From a virus (taxonomy: Duplodnaviria > Caudoviricetes), in the IMG/VR virus record IMGVR_UViG_3300012232_000007, positions 1 through 43,111 of that record: 43,111 bases of DNA; one strand, written 5' to 3'. Of the stretch, positions 1 to 8,183 are shown one piece after another. The position numbers and the translations under genes are program-made. The notes under the pieces were generated by a model. The model had not been told where the DNA came from. It was given only the letters and a program-made list of their open reading frames with translations, and ran no database searches. Position 1 is the first letter of the stretch. Every line of letters begins with the position of its first letter.

Positions 1-123
1 AGTTGCCGCCCGAACCCGGGGCCGTACTCCTGGATGAAGGGGATCACCTGATCCTTGGTGAACTTCCCGAGCCCATCGGTGACCTCTCGAATGGCCGGAT
101 TCAGTTCCCGCCCGAGCATGATG
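1..123. repeat. Terminal overlap identical to 42989-43111 (circular assembly)
   Basis: Exact 123-nt match between both ends; the tape-measure frame reads through the junction. Confidence 0.97.
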
Positions 124-1229
124 GCGGCCGATTCCACACTGCCATTCATGGCATCGGTGCTGCCGGCCAGGTTGTCGGTCATCACCACCGCCACCTCAGC
201 GGCCGTCACGGTCCCCAGCACGGCCGTCGACATCTCATCGAAGCCTTCGGCCCCAGCTTGGGCCAGGATGGCGGCGGCGCGGATGGCGTCGGAGCCGAAC
301 AGGGTTTCGAGCGCCAGACTGCGTTGCGACTCGCTGAGGTCGGCCGTCACGCGGTTCAACTCGCCCGCAATTTCGCGCAGGTCTTTAAACGAGCCGTCCG
401 CATTCAGGAAGTTGTTATGGACCTCATTGGTGGCAAGGCCCAACTCCTGAAACATGGCCGTCTGAGCCTTGGTGGTAGGCACCAGATTCAGCAGCATCGT
501 CTTGAGGCTGGTACCGGCGTCACTGCCTAAGATGCCGGCCTTGCCCATGAGGGCCAGGGCCACGGCGGTCTGATCGAAGTCCTGCCCGGCGAGTTTGGCG
601 GCCGCACCCGAGGAGGCCAGCGCAAACTTAAAGTCGTTCATGCTGCCGGTCGTCGCGTTCGCAAATCCGGCCACCGCGTCCGCAACTTCGGCGGTCCTCG
701 CGCCCTCGATGTTAAACAGCGACATCGCATTCGCGGCGAGGGCGGCGGCGGGGGCAGCTTTCTCCCCAGAGGCGGCGGCCAGATCCAGGGTGGCCTTGGC
801 CGCGCCGGCCATAATATCGGCGGCGGATACGCCACCCTTGGCCAGTTCCCCGATGGCCTCCGCGGCCTCGGTGGCACTAAACGAGGTACTGGCGCCAAGT
901 TCGAGCGCCAGGTCACCCAGCGCCTTCATCTCGGCGCCCCGCACGTCGAGGCCGGTGACTGCTGCGACGGCGCTTAGGGTCTTGTCGAACTCCGCCGCCT
1001 TCGATGAGGCATAGGCAAGTCCACCGGCCACGGCGGCCGCCCCGGCCACTACCGGGCCGGCCAGCCCCTGAGCCAGGACGTTGACCGAACTGTGCGCCTT
1101 AGTCGATGAGCCGTCGACCTTATCCGCCGACGCACTGACCTTATCGAGCGACTTGGCAGCCGAGTTCGCGGAGAGCGAGAGCTTGTCTTCGCCCTGCAGC
1201 GTGACCTTGACTTTGAGATCATCCGCCAC
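1..1229 (-). CDS. Tape measure protein, N-terminal part (TP901-type; continues at 42988->41689, ~842 aa total)
   Basis: GGAGG then GTG at 1229 (MADDLKVKVTLQGEDKLS); ...ELGASTSFSATEAAEAIGELAKGG...GILGSDAGTSLKTMLLNL...LFGSDAIRAA; in frame with ORF 41689..43107. Confidence 0.93.
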   Translation of the reverse strand, partial: MADDLKVKVTLQGEDKLSLSANSAAKSLDKVSASADKVDGSSTKAHSSVNVLAQGLAGPVVAGAAAVAGGLAYASSKAAEFDKTLSAVAAVTGLDVRGAEMKALGDLALELGASTSFSATEAAEAIGELAKGGVSAADIMAGAAKATLDLAAASGEKAAPAAALAANAMSLFNIEGARTAEVADAVAGFANATTGSMNDFKFALASSGAAAKLAGQDFDQTAVALALMGKAGILGSDAGTSLKTMLLNLVPTTKAQTAMFQELGLATNEVHNNFLNADGSFKDLREIAGELNRVTADLSESQRSLALETLFGSDAIRAAAILAQAGAEGFDEMSTAVLGTVTAAEVAVVMTDNLAGSTDAMNGSVESAAIMLGRELNPAIREVTDGLGKFTKDQVIPFIQEYGPGFGRQ

Positions 1230-1240
1230 CAGCGGCCTCC

Positions 1241-1486
1241 CTACTTACGCCTCTGGCGAGCGGCTTCCGCCTTGCCCAGCAGGTTCAGAATCTCGACCGT
1301 CTCCAGCACCTGGGCCGGGTCCGTTTCCCACAGCTCGTCCACCACGGTCGGCAGGACGTGCCAGTGGGCGGCTAACATGTGCCGCGTGTAGGCCCAAGGG
1401 ACTTTCAACCCCTGCCCGGAGTTCCCGCGCGCGGTCGCGTTCAGCCATGTACTTAGCTGCGCCCGCGCAGGGCCATCGAGTTTGGG
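1241..1486 (-). CDS. Tail assembly chaperone -1 frameshift extension (gpT-like)
   Basis: Slippery C CCA AAC at 1486-1480; -1 frame open to TAG at 1241 (...YTRHMLAAHWHVLPTVVDELWETDP...RQRRK*), ending at the TMP RBS. Confidence 0.8.
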   Translation of the reverse strand, partial: PKLDGPARAQLSTWLNATARGNSGQGLKVPWAYTRHMLAAHWHVLPTVVDELWETDPAQVLETVEILNLLGKAEAARQRRK

Positions 1487-1929
1487 AGTATCTGCCGAGC
1501 GTCAGAAAGCGAGATGGCCAGCACATCGAGCAACTCCGCCGGAATGGCCGTCCAGAAGGCGGGGTCGTGAGCCGGCGGGAAAGGGTTACCGTCGAAGTCC
1601 TGCCAGTCGTTGTGCTCGACCACCACTTGCCGAAGGAGCCCCACCATGTTGTCCGGGACGGTCAGGTCAATCCCCACCGTGAGGCTGCGCGGGAAGTTGA
1701 CCCAGTACCGAGCGCGCATCCCTGCCTGTCCGTACTCCTCCGGCATATCGACCCACACCAGCCGACGGGGCATGGCCTGGGCCGTGGTGGGTGGCACCAC
1801 CGTCAGCGGCGTGCTCAACTCACGCACTCTGCGCTCGGCGGCATCGAGTTGCTGCCGCAGATCGGCATCCTCCGCATGGGTGCCGTTCTCGGTGGGTGGC
1901 GCGGTGTACGTCATCATGTCGAGTTCCAT
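1453..1929 (-). CDS. Tail assembly chaperone (gpG-like)
   Basis: Between tail tube and tape measure; AAGGAG RBS; slippery site near 3' end. Confidence 0.78.
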   Translation of the reverse strand: MELDMMTYTAPPTENGTHAEDADLRQQLDAAERRVRELSTPLTVVPPTTAQAMPRRLVWVDMPEEYGQAGMRARYWVNFPRSLTVGIDLTVPDNMVGLLRQVVVEHNDWQDFDGNPFPPAHDPAFWTAIPAELLDVLAISLSDARQILPNSMALRGRS

Positions 1930-2008
1930 CGGGGCTCCTTAGTAGCGGGTAACCATTAATTCAGGGAGGGGTGCGGTATCCTCTGGCTCGGAGAGCGAGG
2001 AGGGCGAG

Positions 2009-2503
2009 ATGACACGATGGTTCCCATTGACCCTGGCGGTACTGATCCTGGTTGGCTGCAGCGCACCGGCGGCGAGTGGGCCGCCAGCCCTGGGGCGCTC
2101 GGTACTGGGCTCGACTCGGGATGGTTGGATTGCCTCACGGGGGCAGCCGACCCCGATGGGCATACGGGAGCTTTTCACCCGCGATACCAAAGTCGTGTGG
2201 CTCGAGGTCGACGGCGTGCAGCGTGCCCGGCACATCGAGGTGGAGACCAGCCATGATGCCCAGCTCGATCCCGCGCGAGCCATGGTCAAAATCCACCGCC
2301 CGGCCGATGCCAAACTCATCCGCACATACACCGGCCGTGACGGGCTGATCGTCGAGGTGTTCCACAGCGAATCGCTGGCAGCGGCCATCCCCGGCGATGA
2401 GGCATGGGACGGCGAAGATCCCGGTACCTTCATCCAGGTTGCCGGGCGCGAGGGCGAGCGGACTACCCGCCGGGTGGTGCTGGCGATGGGCAACCGTCCG
2501 TAA
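2009..2503 (+). CDS. Predicted lipoprotein (moron)
   Basis: Hydrophobic signal with lipobox LVGC; GAGGAGG RBS; opposite strand to tail operon. Confidence 0.75.
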   Translation: MTRWFPLTLAVLILVGCSAPAASGPPALGRSVLGSTRDGWIASRGQPTPMGIRELFTRDTKVVWLEVDGVQRARHIEVETSHDAQLDPARAMVKIHRPADAKLIRTYTGRDGLIVEVFHSESLAAAIPGDEAWDGEDPGTFIQVAGREGERTTRRVVLAMGNRP

Positions 2504-2526
2504 CCCATTATTCGATGGACACGAAC

Positions 2527-2604
2527 TGGTAAAATGTATACATAGCGAAGCCCCCGCGACGGGCAAACGTCCGGGGGAATGGCACCACAAGGAGTGATCT
2601 CGTG
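2527..2604 (+). promoter_or_regulatory. Extended -10 promoter and structured leader of HNH gene
   Basis: TG-G-TAAAAT (2527-2535); nested hairpin 2551-2577; AAGGAG inside CCAC..GTGG hairpin. Confidence 0.55.
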
Positions 2605-3174
2605 GCACGTCCTAATTCTATCTGCAGCCTTTGTCAGACCCCGTTCTACGCCTCCCCCATCCGCATCACCTCCGGTGAAGCTCTGCACTGTAGCCGGGCG
2701 TGCCGTAACGCCGCGATGAAGAAGCCACCCACCATCTGCGCGGAGTGCGGTCTGGCATTCAGTAGCCGGCACGCGAACCCCCGGTACTGTTCGCTGTTGT
2801 GTACCAACCGGGCGCGGCGACGGAATCGTCCCCTCATTCCGTTCGAGCAGCGATTCTGGTCCAAGGTGAACCAGGCGGGACCGATCCCTCCTCACCGGCC
2901 GGAGCTCGGCCGGTGCTGGGTCTGGACCATCTCTCTCAGCATGGGTTACGGCTACATCGAGGCAGAAGACCGGAAGATCGGGTCGCACGTCGCGTCCTGG
3001 CGGCTCCACGTCGGTTTGGTCCCGAAAGACATGTATGTCCTGCACGCCTGCGACAACCGGGCGTGTGTCAATCCGTCGCATCTCTTCCTCGGTACTCAGC
3101 GGGACAACGTCCACGACATGATTTCCAAGGGACGACAAGACTTTACACACCTGCATAACAACCATATAGACTAA
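2602..3174 (+). CDS. HNH homing endonuclease with N-terminal Cys zinc-finger repeats
   Basis: CxxC/CSxxC repeats; RFWSKV...CWVW...HVASWRLH...VLHACDNRACVNPSHLFLGTQRDNVHD. Confidence 0.92.
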   Translation: MARPNSICSLCQTPFYASPIRITSGEALHCSRACRNAAMKKPPTICAECGLAFSSRHANPRYCSLLCTNRARRRNRPLIPFEQRFWSKVNQAGPIPPHRPELGRCWVWTISLSMGYGYIEAEDRKIGSHVASWRLHVGLVPKDMYVLHACDNRACVNPSHLFLGTQRDNVHDMISKGRQDFTHLHNNHID

Positions 3175-4178
3175 ACCCAAGCTGCTGCGCGTGCATTCTG
3201 CGCTAAGAGCTGGAATCCCGCCGCTAATACGCTATCATATTTATACCCTAAGGTCAGGTTGTAGGTACGGGTGCCAGCATCGCTGCCCGAGATGTCAACG
3301 GCGGTCCACTTGCCGGGCAGATCCACCTTGACGAACGTCTTAAGCGCACCCTCGAGAATGTCGTTGTTACCGAACTCCAGGCGCACCAGACGGCCCGCGG
3401 TGTCGTCGGTGAACCAGTGGTTGTACTCCGCCAGGGCGGTGGCTGAGGCCGCCTCGAACACCAGATCGGCGGTCACGTCGATCTCACCGAGGGTCGCCTT
3501 GTTCATCGCGTTCACGTTGTCCGCGGTGAACTTGCGACCGAGATTGTTGTTGAACGTGACTGACCAGTTAACGAGGGTAGAGGCGATGTTGGTACTACCC
3601 GGAGTACCGCCGATGGTCTCCAGATACATCTTGGCTTCCCAACCCTGGTAGAAGTTGGGCGTCCGGTCGGTGGGGGTACCCGCGAGCGCGGTCTGCGTCA
3701 TCGCCTTGGCGAACAACTCCGCCGACAGCATGTTGTCGCCGCCGGCGCTGCCCTCGATCTGTAGCGTGTTGGCGTAGACGCCACTCATCTGCCACGCGCT
3801 GGCGCCGTCGTCCCACTGGAAGGTGCCCGACTCGGGCGCAGTGCTGCCGGGCTTGTACGTGTGGAGCCGCGTGGTGGTGCCGCCGCCAGGGGTAGTCGTG
3901 GTGGGCGCCCCGATGGCGATGTTGAAGAGTTCCATGCACTCGGCGGAATCCAGCGGGAGCGACACCGTGCCGGCCGGCATCTGCGCGCCGTTGGTGATCT
4001 CCAGCACGTTGTCGCGCCGGCCCACCGCGAAGTGGTGCGAGGTGGAATCGACCGACTGTTTGAAGGAGGAATCAGACGCGTAATAGAGTTTGCGGGTGGC
4101 AGTGGCTACGGCGGTCCCATAGGTGGTCTCTTTGGCCGCCTGCCAGACTGAGCGCCAGAGGTGTCCATCTGTCGGCAT
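3171..4178 (-). CDS. Major tail (tube) protein
   Basis: 335 aa, AKETTYGTAV N-terminus, NNNLGR motif, position after terminator and before chaperones. Confidence 0.85.
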   Translation of the reverse strand: MPTDGHLWRSVWQAAKETTYGTAVATATRKLYYASDSSFKQSVDSTSHHFAVGRRDNVLEITNGAQMPAGTVSLPLDSAECMELFNIAIGAPTTTTPGGGTTTRLHTYKPGSTAPESGTFQWDDGASAWQMSGVYANTLQIEGSAGGDNMLSAELFAKAMTQTALAGTPTDRTPNFYQGWEAKMYLETIGGTPGSTNIASTLVNWSVTFNNNLGRKFTADNVNAMNKATLGEIDVTADLVFEAASATALAEYNHWFTDDTAGRLVRLEFGNNDILEGALKTFVKVDLPGKWTAVDISGSDAGTRTYNLTLGYKYDSVLAAGFQLLAQNARAAAWV

Positions 4179-4312
4179 ACTGCTCTGCTCCTGTAAAGCA
4201 GAGCGGGGGCCTCGGGTGGCGACGGCTCCTGAATGAGGGCGGGGTCACTCGGGTGAGTGAAACGGCCAGGCTATGCGGTTGGCATCCTTTTGGTCAGTGG
4301 CTCATTATCGCA
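4179..4312 (-). promoter_or_regulatory. Promoter and structured 5' leader of tail-tube gene
   Basis: TG-C-GATAAT at 4312-4304; hairpin 4245-4260; 8-bp hairpin 4182-4204 overlapping AGGAG RBS. Confidence 0.55.
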
Positions 4313-4319
4313 CGCGCAA

Positions 4320-4427
4320 TCACGTGCGCTTCGTAATCCCGTACCGGCCCTCGATGCGCCCCACAATCTCGAGCAGCAGCCGGCGGATCAGGAGCCAGAA
4401 CTCCCGATCAGGATCAGGGCTTGGCAT
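4320..4427 (-). CDS. Small hypothetical protein (35 aa, not in ORF track)
   Basis: MPSPDPDREFWLLIRRLLLEIVGRIEGRYGITKRT*; overlaps end of upstream gene. Confidence 0.55.
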   Translation of the reverse strand: MPSPDPDREFWLLIRRLLLEIVGRIEGRYGITKRT

Positions 4428-4626
4428 CGGCCGGTTTCTCGCTGCTGGCGGCGGTCGCGGGGCTCATCTCCGCATCGGTTTTGGTGTCGTACAACGGACT
4501 CTCCCGCACCAGCTTGCGCTGCTCGGTGTCGAGCGCCTGGTACTCCTCCTCCTCGAGATCCCTGTTCGGCACTCCGTGGTGGTACTCGTCAGGCTTGATG
4601 TTCTTACGCTTGGCACGAATGGCCAT
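4414..4626 (-). CDS. Hypothetical protein
   Basis: GAGGAGG RBS; GVPNRDL motif; within tail operon. Confidence 0.7.
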   Translation of the reverse strand: MAIRAKRKNIKPDEYHHGVPNRDLEEEEYQALDTEQRKLVRESPLYDTKTDAEMSPATAASSEKPADAKP

Positions 4627-4637
4627 CTCATCCTCCT

Positions 4638-5084
4638 CTACGTGTTGGCATACTGCACCACGGTTACGACGATCGGTTGGAGCCGGTACTCCTGCCCCGC
4701 GAGAATGCGGTACTCCGGCGAGCTGGCCAACGACAGGTCGAGTGATCCGCTTTTGACCTGGGTGGTCGCCTCTAAAAAGAGGCCCGTGCCGTTCTTCCGC
4801 GCCGCGTAGAAATCTGCCACGAAGTCGTCCAGGGCCGCCGCTACCGTCGTCTCCGCGGTGGCCTCCGCTCCCTGGACGCGGTAGCCGATTTCGATGAAGT
4901 AATCCGCCTCGCGCTGTAACAGCCCGCTCGCCTTGTCGATGATCCGCTGACCGCTGACTGTCACATAGGCCGACACCCGATTACTGAGCGACTCCGGCAC
5001 ACCGGTTCGCACATCCTGAATCCCCGTCACGCTGCCCAGCATGGTGGCGAGCGCCGTGAGCGGGGCACTCGTGGTGAAACTCAA
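4638..5084 (-). CDS. Putative tail terminator/completion protein
   Basis: Size and synteny before tail tube. Confidence 0.6.
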   Translation of the reverse strand: MSFTTSAPLTALATMLGSVTGIQDVRTGVPESLSNRVSAYVTVSGQRIIDKASGLLQREADYFIEIGYRVQGAEATAETTVAAALDDFVADFYAARKNGTGLFLEATTQVKSGSLDLSLASSPEYRILAGQEYRLQPIVVTVVQYANT

Positions 5085-5455
5085 CGGGGCCTCCTCGTCA
5101 GGATCGACCGACGTAACGTGCCCGTCACTACCACCACCAACGCTTTTGCCCGCGCTTCCACGTCATAGCCGGAGGCGAGTAGGGCGTCGATCGCCGGCTT
5201 GCCGGCCTTGAGCGCCTGACTGATGCGCTGCGGGATCTTCGGCTCTACCTGAGCGAGTGCCCGCGAGAGATAGAACACGCCACCCGCTCGACGTGCCCGC
5301 CGTCCGCTGCGATGCCGTCCGGTCTCGATGCCGTATGAATATGCGACCGAGCTGCCGACAACCACGGATTTCCCATCGGCAGACTCGGCCGTGTTCTCCA
5401 GCTTGTGCAGGTAGCGCTGCGCTTCCTTCAGCCCGACCACGTGTACGCCCGCCAT
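5081..5455 (-). CDS. HK97 gp10-like tail completion/neck protein
   Basis: VVGLKEAQRYL start, VGSSVAYSYGIETG and TGTLRRSI motifs. Confidence 0.7.
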   Translation of the reverse strand: MAGVHVVGLKEAQRYLHKLENTAESADGKSVVVGSSVAYSYGIETGRHRSGRRARRAGGVFYLSRALAQVEPKIPQRISQALKAGKPAIDALLASGYDVEARAKALVVVVTGTLRRSILTRRPR

Positions 5456-5769
5456 CAGTCGGCCCGCACGAGGTCGATACGCTTCTGGATCACGCCGCCG
5501 AACAGACGGATCACGCCATCGGTGCCATGCACACAGTTCCAGCGCAGCCCTCCAGAGAGGATCTGCGCGCCATCGGGGATCGTGGTCGCGGGGTCATAGT
5601 GGAGATTGCGGATAGCACCCAGCTCCGCCCGGTCCAATCCCGTAGCCGCCGGCTGTCGCCCCACATGGAACAGGCGACAGCGCACCCCAGAAGCCGCCAG
5701 CACGGTAAACGCCCCAGTGCTAGGGTCTTCCGTGTAGACGGACAGGGTTTCGTCGAGCCCGATGGTCAC
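5455..5769 (-). CDS. Putative head-closure (stopper) protein
   Basis: Size and synteny after adaptor. Confidence 0.55.
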   Translation of the reverse strand: MTIGLDETLSVYTEDPSTGAFTVLAASGVRCRLFHVGRQPAATGLDRAELGAIRNLHYDPATTIPDGAQILSGGLRWNCVHGTDGVIRLFGGVIQKRIDLVRAD

Positions 5770-6335
5770 GCGATCACCACCCGCCTCGATCCAATCAATC
5801 GGATCACCTCGTCAGGAATATCCCCGACCGCTCCATCCGCGAACTTGACCGACAGCTCACCGCCCACGCCGAACTGCTCGACGCCCGCAGGCACGCCCGC
5901 CACGCTCGACTGCATCCAGTGCGCGACCAGTAGCGTGGTAGCGCGCTTGATGCGGCCAGGCACCGTGATAGCCGGCGTGTAGTCCACGAGCACCTCACCG
6001 TAGCGGTAGAGCGCCAGGCGAAGCTCACCAGTGGTCAGGCTGATAACGTCGTAATCGCTGCCACTGGTCAAGGTCACCAGTGGCTCCCCCACGGCGCCAT
6101 AGGTCTGACGGATGCGCTGGATGCTGGCCATCGGCGCCTTCCGCAGATATACGGTCGGCCCCTCGATCCGGTGCCGCTCGCCCGTGATGGCCGTCGACGC
6201 CTCGAACGTGCGCCCGGCGTAGTGGTCAATCCAGTCCTGGGCGCTGACAATGTAGTCCGTAGCCTGGGTCGTTTGGGCTCCTGAAAAGGTCACGCCCATC
6301 TCGGTGGCCACGTCGGAAGCCACACAGTACGCCAT
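5766..6335 (-). CDS. Head-tail connector/adaptor (gp6-like)
   Basis: MAYCVASDV..AQDWIDHYAGRTF..VPGRIKRATTLLVAHW. Confidence 0.8.
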   Translation of the reverse strand: MAYCVASDVATEMGVTFSGAQTTQATDYIVSAQDWIDHYAGRTFEASTAITGERHRIEGPTVYLRKAPMASIQRIRQTYGAVGEPLVTLTSGSDYDVISLTTGELRLALYRYGEVLVDYTPAITVPGRIKRATTLLVAHWMQSSVAGVPAGVEQFGVGGELSVKFADGAVGDIPDEVIRLIGSRRVVIA

Positions 6336-6336
6336 A

Positions 6337-7446
6337 TCAGGAGCACCGCCGTATGTAGCTGGGGATGCAATACGGCCGCGTCACGCTCGGAGTGGCCGTC
6401 ACCGTGGCGGTCTGCGTGGGAGTGCTGGTAGCGGTAACGGTCGGGGTCCGGGTGCTGGTGGCCGTCCCGGTCGCCGTGTGCGTGGCCGTGGCGATCGGGG
6501 TCGTCGTCAAGGTCGGGGTCAACGTGGCCAGCGGCGTGGGTGTCCCGAAGACGAAATCGCGGTGTGCGCGGCCTTCAACACTTAGGCTGCCGTCCGATGC
6601 GAACAACCAGGCCGCGTGCCCGTTCTGGTCACAGGCTTGGCGGACGTTTCCGAAGTAGAGCGCCATCGTCACCCCGAGGCTGGCAAAGGTCTGGAGCCCG
6701 GCGAGCGTGTAGTGGTAGCGGTCCGCTTCACTCTGCCCGGCCGGCGTGCACGTCGGGTCAAACTGCTCCGCCCAGTGCGACCATTCAGTCACGGCGATGC
6801 CCCACCCGTGCGCACTGGCGTAGGCGGCTGCCATCTGCGTCTGACTGGCGAGCTGCGGCTCGGTCGAGGGCAAGTCATACGAGGACTGCGGGTAGAAGTG
6901 GAAGTTGAGGTCGTGCATAAACGGGAGCGTGCCGTACTGCTGCTGATGGACCGTCAGGAACCGCTGGTACGCCTGTTGCCCCGTCACGATGTCCGGCGCG
7001 CAACAGTAGGCGGTCCAGCCGATCACCGATGGGCCCAGGATGCGGGCGGTCGGATCAGCCGAGCGGATGGCATTCACCTGTCCCGCGTACCACTGCGAAA
7101 ACAGCACCGCGTCGGCGTCGGTGGTCAGCCCGCCATCCTGCCAGCGGGAATTGGCCTCGTTCGACAGAAGCCACGCGAGCCCCTTGGTCTGCATAGCAGC
7201 CACCTGCGCCTGCGTCACCGAGCGCCACGGGTAGCGCAGCAGGCGCACGCGGTTGGGCTCGCCATTCGCGGTCGGCTCCGAGGTGTACTGCTGATAGACC
7301 GTGCCGCCGTAGGACGCTAGCTCTTGTGCGGGAGACTGGCCAGGAGCCACGACGTTATGGCCGATGAGCATGGTCCCCGCCTGCACAGTCAGCATGGAAA
7401 TCGCCCACAGGGCCAACATGGCGCACGGAGCGAGCAGGTAGCGCAT
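6337..7446 (-). CDS. Secreted clan GH-A glycoside hydrolase (Glyco_hydro_cc/GH128-like) with Thr/Pro-rich tail
   Basis: Signal peptide; SNE acid/base, ILGPSV, NFHFY, IAVTEW nucleophile motifs; TPT/TAT repeats. Confidence 0.72.
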   Translation of the reverse strand: MRYLLAPCAMLALWAISMLTVQAGTMLIGHNVVAPGQSPAQELASYGGTVYQQYTSEPTANGEPNRVRLLRYPWRSVTQAQVAAMQTKGLAWLLSNEANSRWQDGGLTTDADAVLFSQWYAGQVNAIRSADPTARILGPSVIGWTAYCCAPDIVTGQQAYQRFLTVHQQQYGTLPFMHDLNFHFYPQSSYDLPSTEPQLASQTQMAAAYASAHGWGIAVTEWSHWAEQFDPTCTPAGQSEADRYHYTLAGLQTFASLGVTMALYFGNVRQACDQNGHAAWLFASDGSLSVEGRAHRDFVFGTPTPLATLTPTLTTTPIATATHTATGTATSTRTPTVTATSTPTQTATVTATPSVTRPYCIPSYIRRCS

Positions 7447-7532
7447 CAGCCCCGCCCCAGCAGCACGCACAGCACGGCCAGCCCCAGGAATGCCAGGGCG
7501 GCCAGTCGCTCGCGTGCAGCGCGTGTTCGCAT
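7446..7532 (-). CDS. Small single-TM peptide (28 aa)
   Basis: MRTRAARERLAALAFLGLAVLCVLLGRG*, TGATG-coupled to GH gene. Confidence 0.4.
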   Translation of the reverse strand: MRTRAARERLAALAFLGLAVLCVLLGRG

Positions 7533-7535
7533 TGG

Positions 7536-7847
7536 TTACTTGCCTGCCCGATCACGCATCATGCGCACACACTCACGGAAGGCTTCGACGATGGCGTCTT
7601 CGTCTCCCTCAAAGCCAGCGTCGTCCACTCCCCAGGACAAACGGCCTACGACCTCGCCATCTCGATAAGCCGTAAAGGAGTGAGAGCCGATCGCAGCTCG
7701 TGTTTGGTAACCGCGTGCTTCGTCGGGAGCGGCTACGTGAAAATGCGTCTCACTAGCCCCTTCCGTCCCAGTCCCCACACCCGCTCGAATTACCAGCGTC
7801 GGCGGGCCTGCCATCGGGATCAGATCAGGATCTACTGCAAATCGCAT
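7536..7847 (-). CDS. Hypothetical protein with a fragment similar to the adjacent fibre repeat
   Basis: GAGGGAG RBS; IRAGVGTGTEGAS resembles IRSGLGTGNATGS. Confidence 0.6.
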   Translation of the reverse strand: MRFAVDPDLIPMAGPPTLVIRAGVGTGTEGASETHFHVAAPDEARGYQTRAAIGSHSFTAYRDGEVVGRLSWGVDDAGFEGDEDAIVEAFRECVRMMRDRAGK

Positions 7848-7868
7848 CGCTACTCCCTCTCGCATCGG

Positions 7869-8174
7869 TTACTCGGCTCCCACTTCCACTGGCAGCACGT
7901 GGTGGCCATTGTTGATGGGATTGACCACCTCCCGCATCCCGTATCCATACCCGTGCGGCTCGTTCTCTGGCTGCGATTCCTCGACCGTCTCGATCAGTTC
8001 CGGCGTCACCCCGTAGACCTTGCGGCCGTCGAGGCGGAGCTGCGTGCCGGGGGCAATGCCCATGTCCGACAGCAGCAGCTCGATCTCGTGCAGCGCCTCG
8101 TCGCGTTGCTTGACGCGGTATTCCAGCGCGGCCGCTTCGGCGTTGGTCATCTCGTGTAGAAGTTGCTCGTCCAC
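7869..8174 (-). CDS. Hypothetical protein
   Basis: AAGGAG RBS, 101 aa; possible fibre chaperone by position. Confidence 0.65.
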   Translation of the reverse strand: MDEQLLHEMTNAEAAALEYRVKQRDEALHEIELLLSDMGIAPGTQLRLDGRKVYGVTPELIETVEESQPENEPHGYGYGMREVVNPINNGHHVLPVEVGAE

Positions 8175-8183
8175 GCGTACTCC

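Noticed and set aside
1-123. Physical direct terminal repeat
   Set aside because: It lies mid tape-measure gene, so it is best explained as assembly overlap of a circular or permuted genome
1245-1526. Listed 93-aa ORF as the gpT chaperone
   Set aside because: It is not the -1 frame from the slippery site; the -1 frame ending at 1241 gives the more protein-like product
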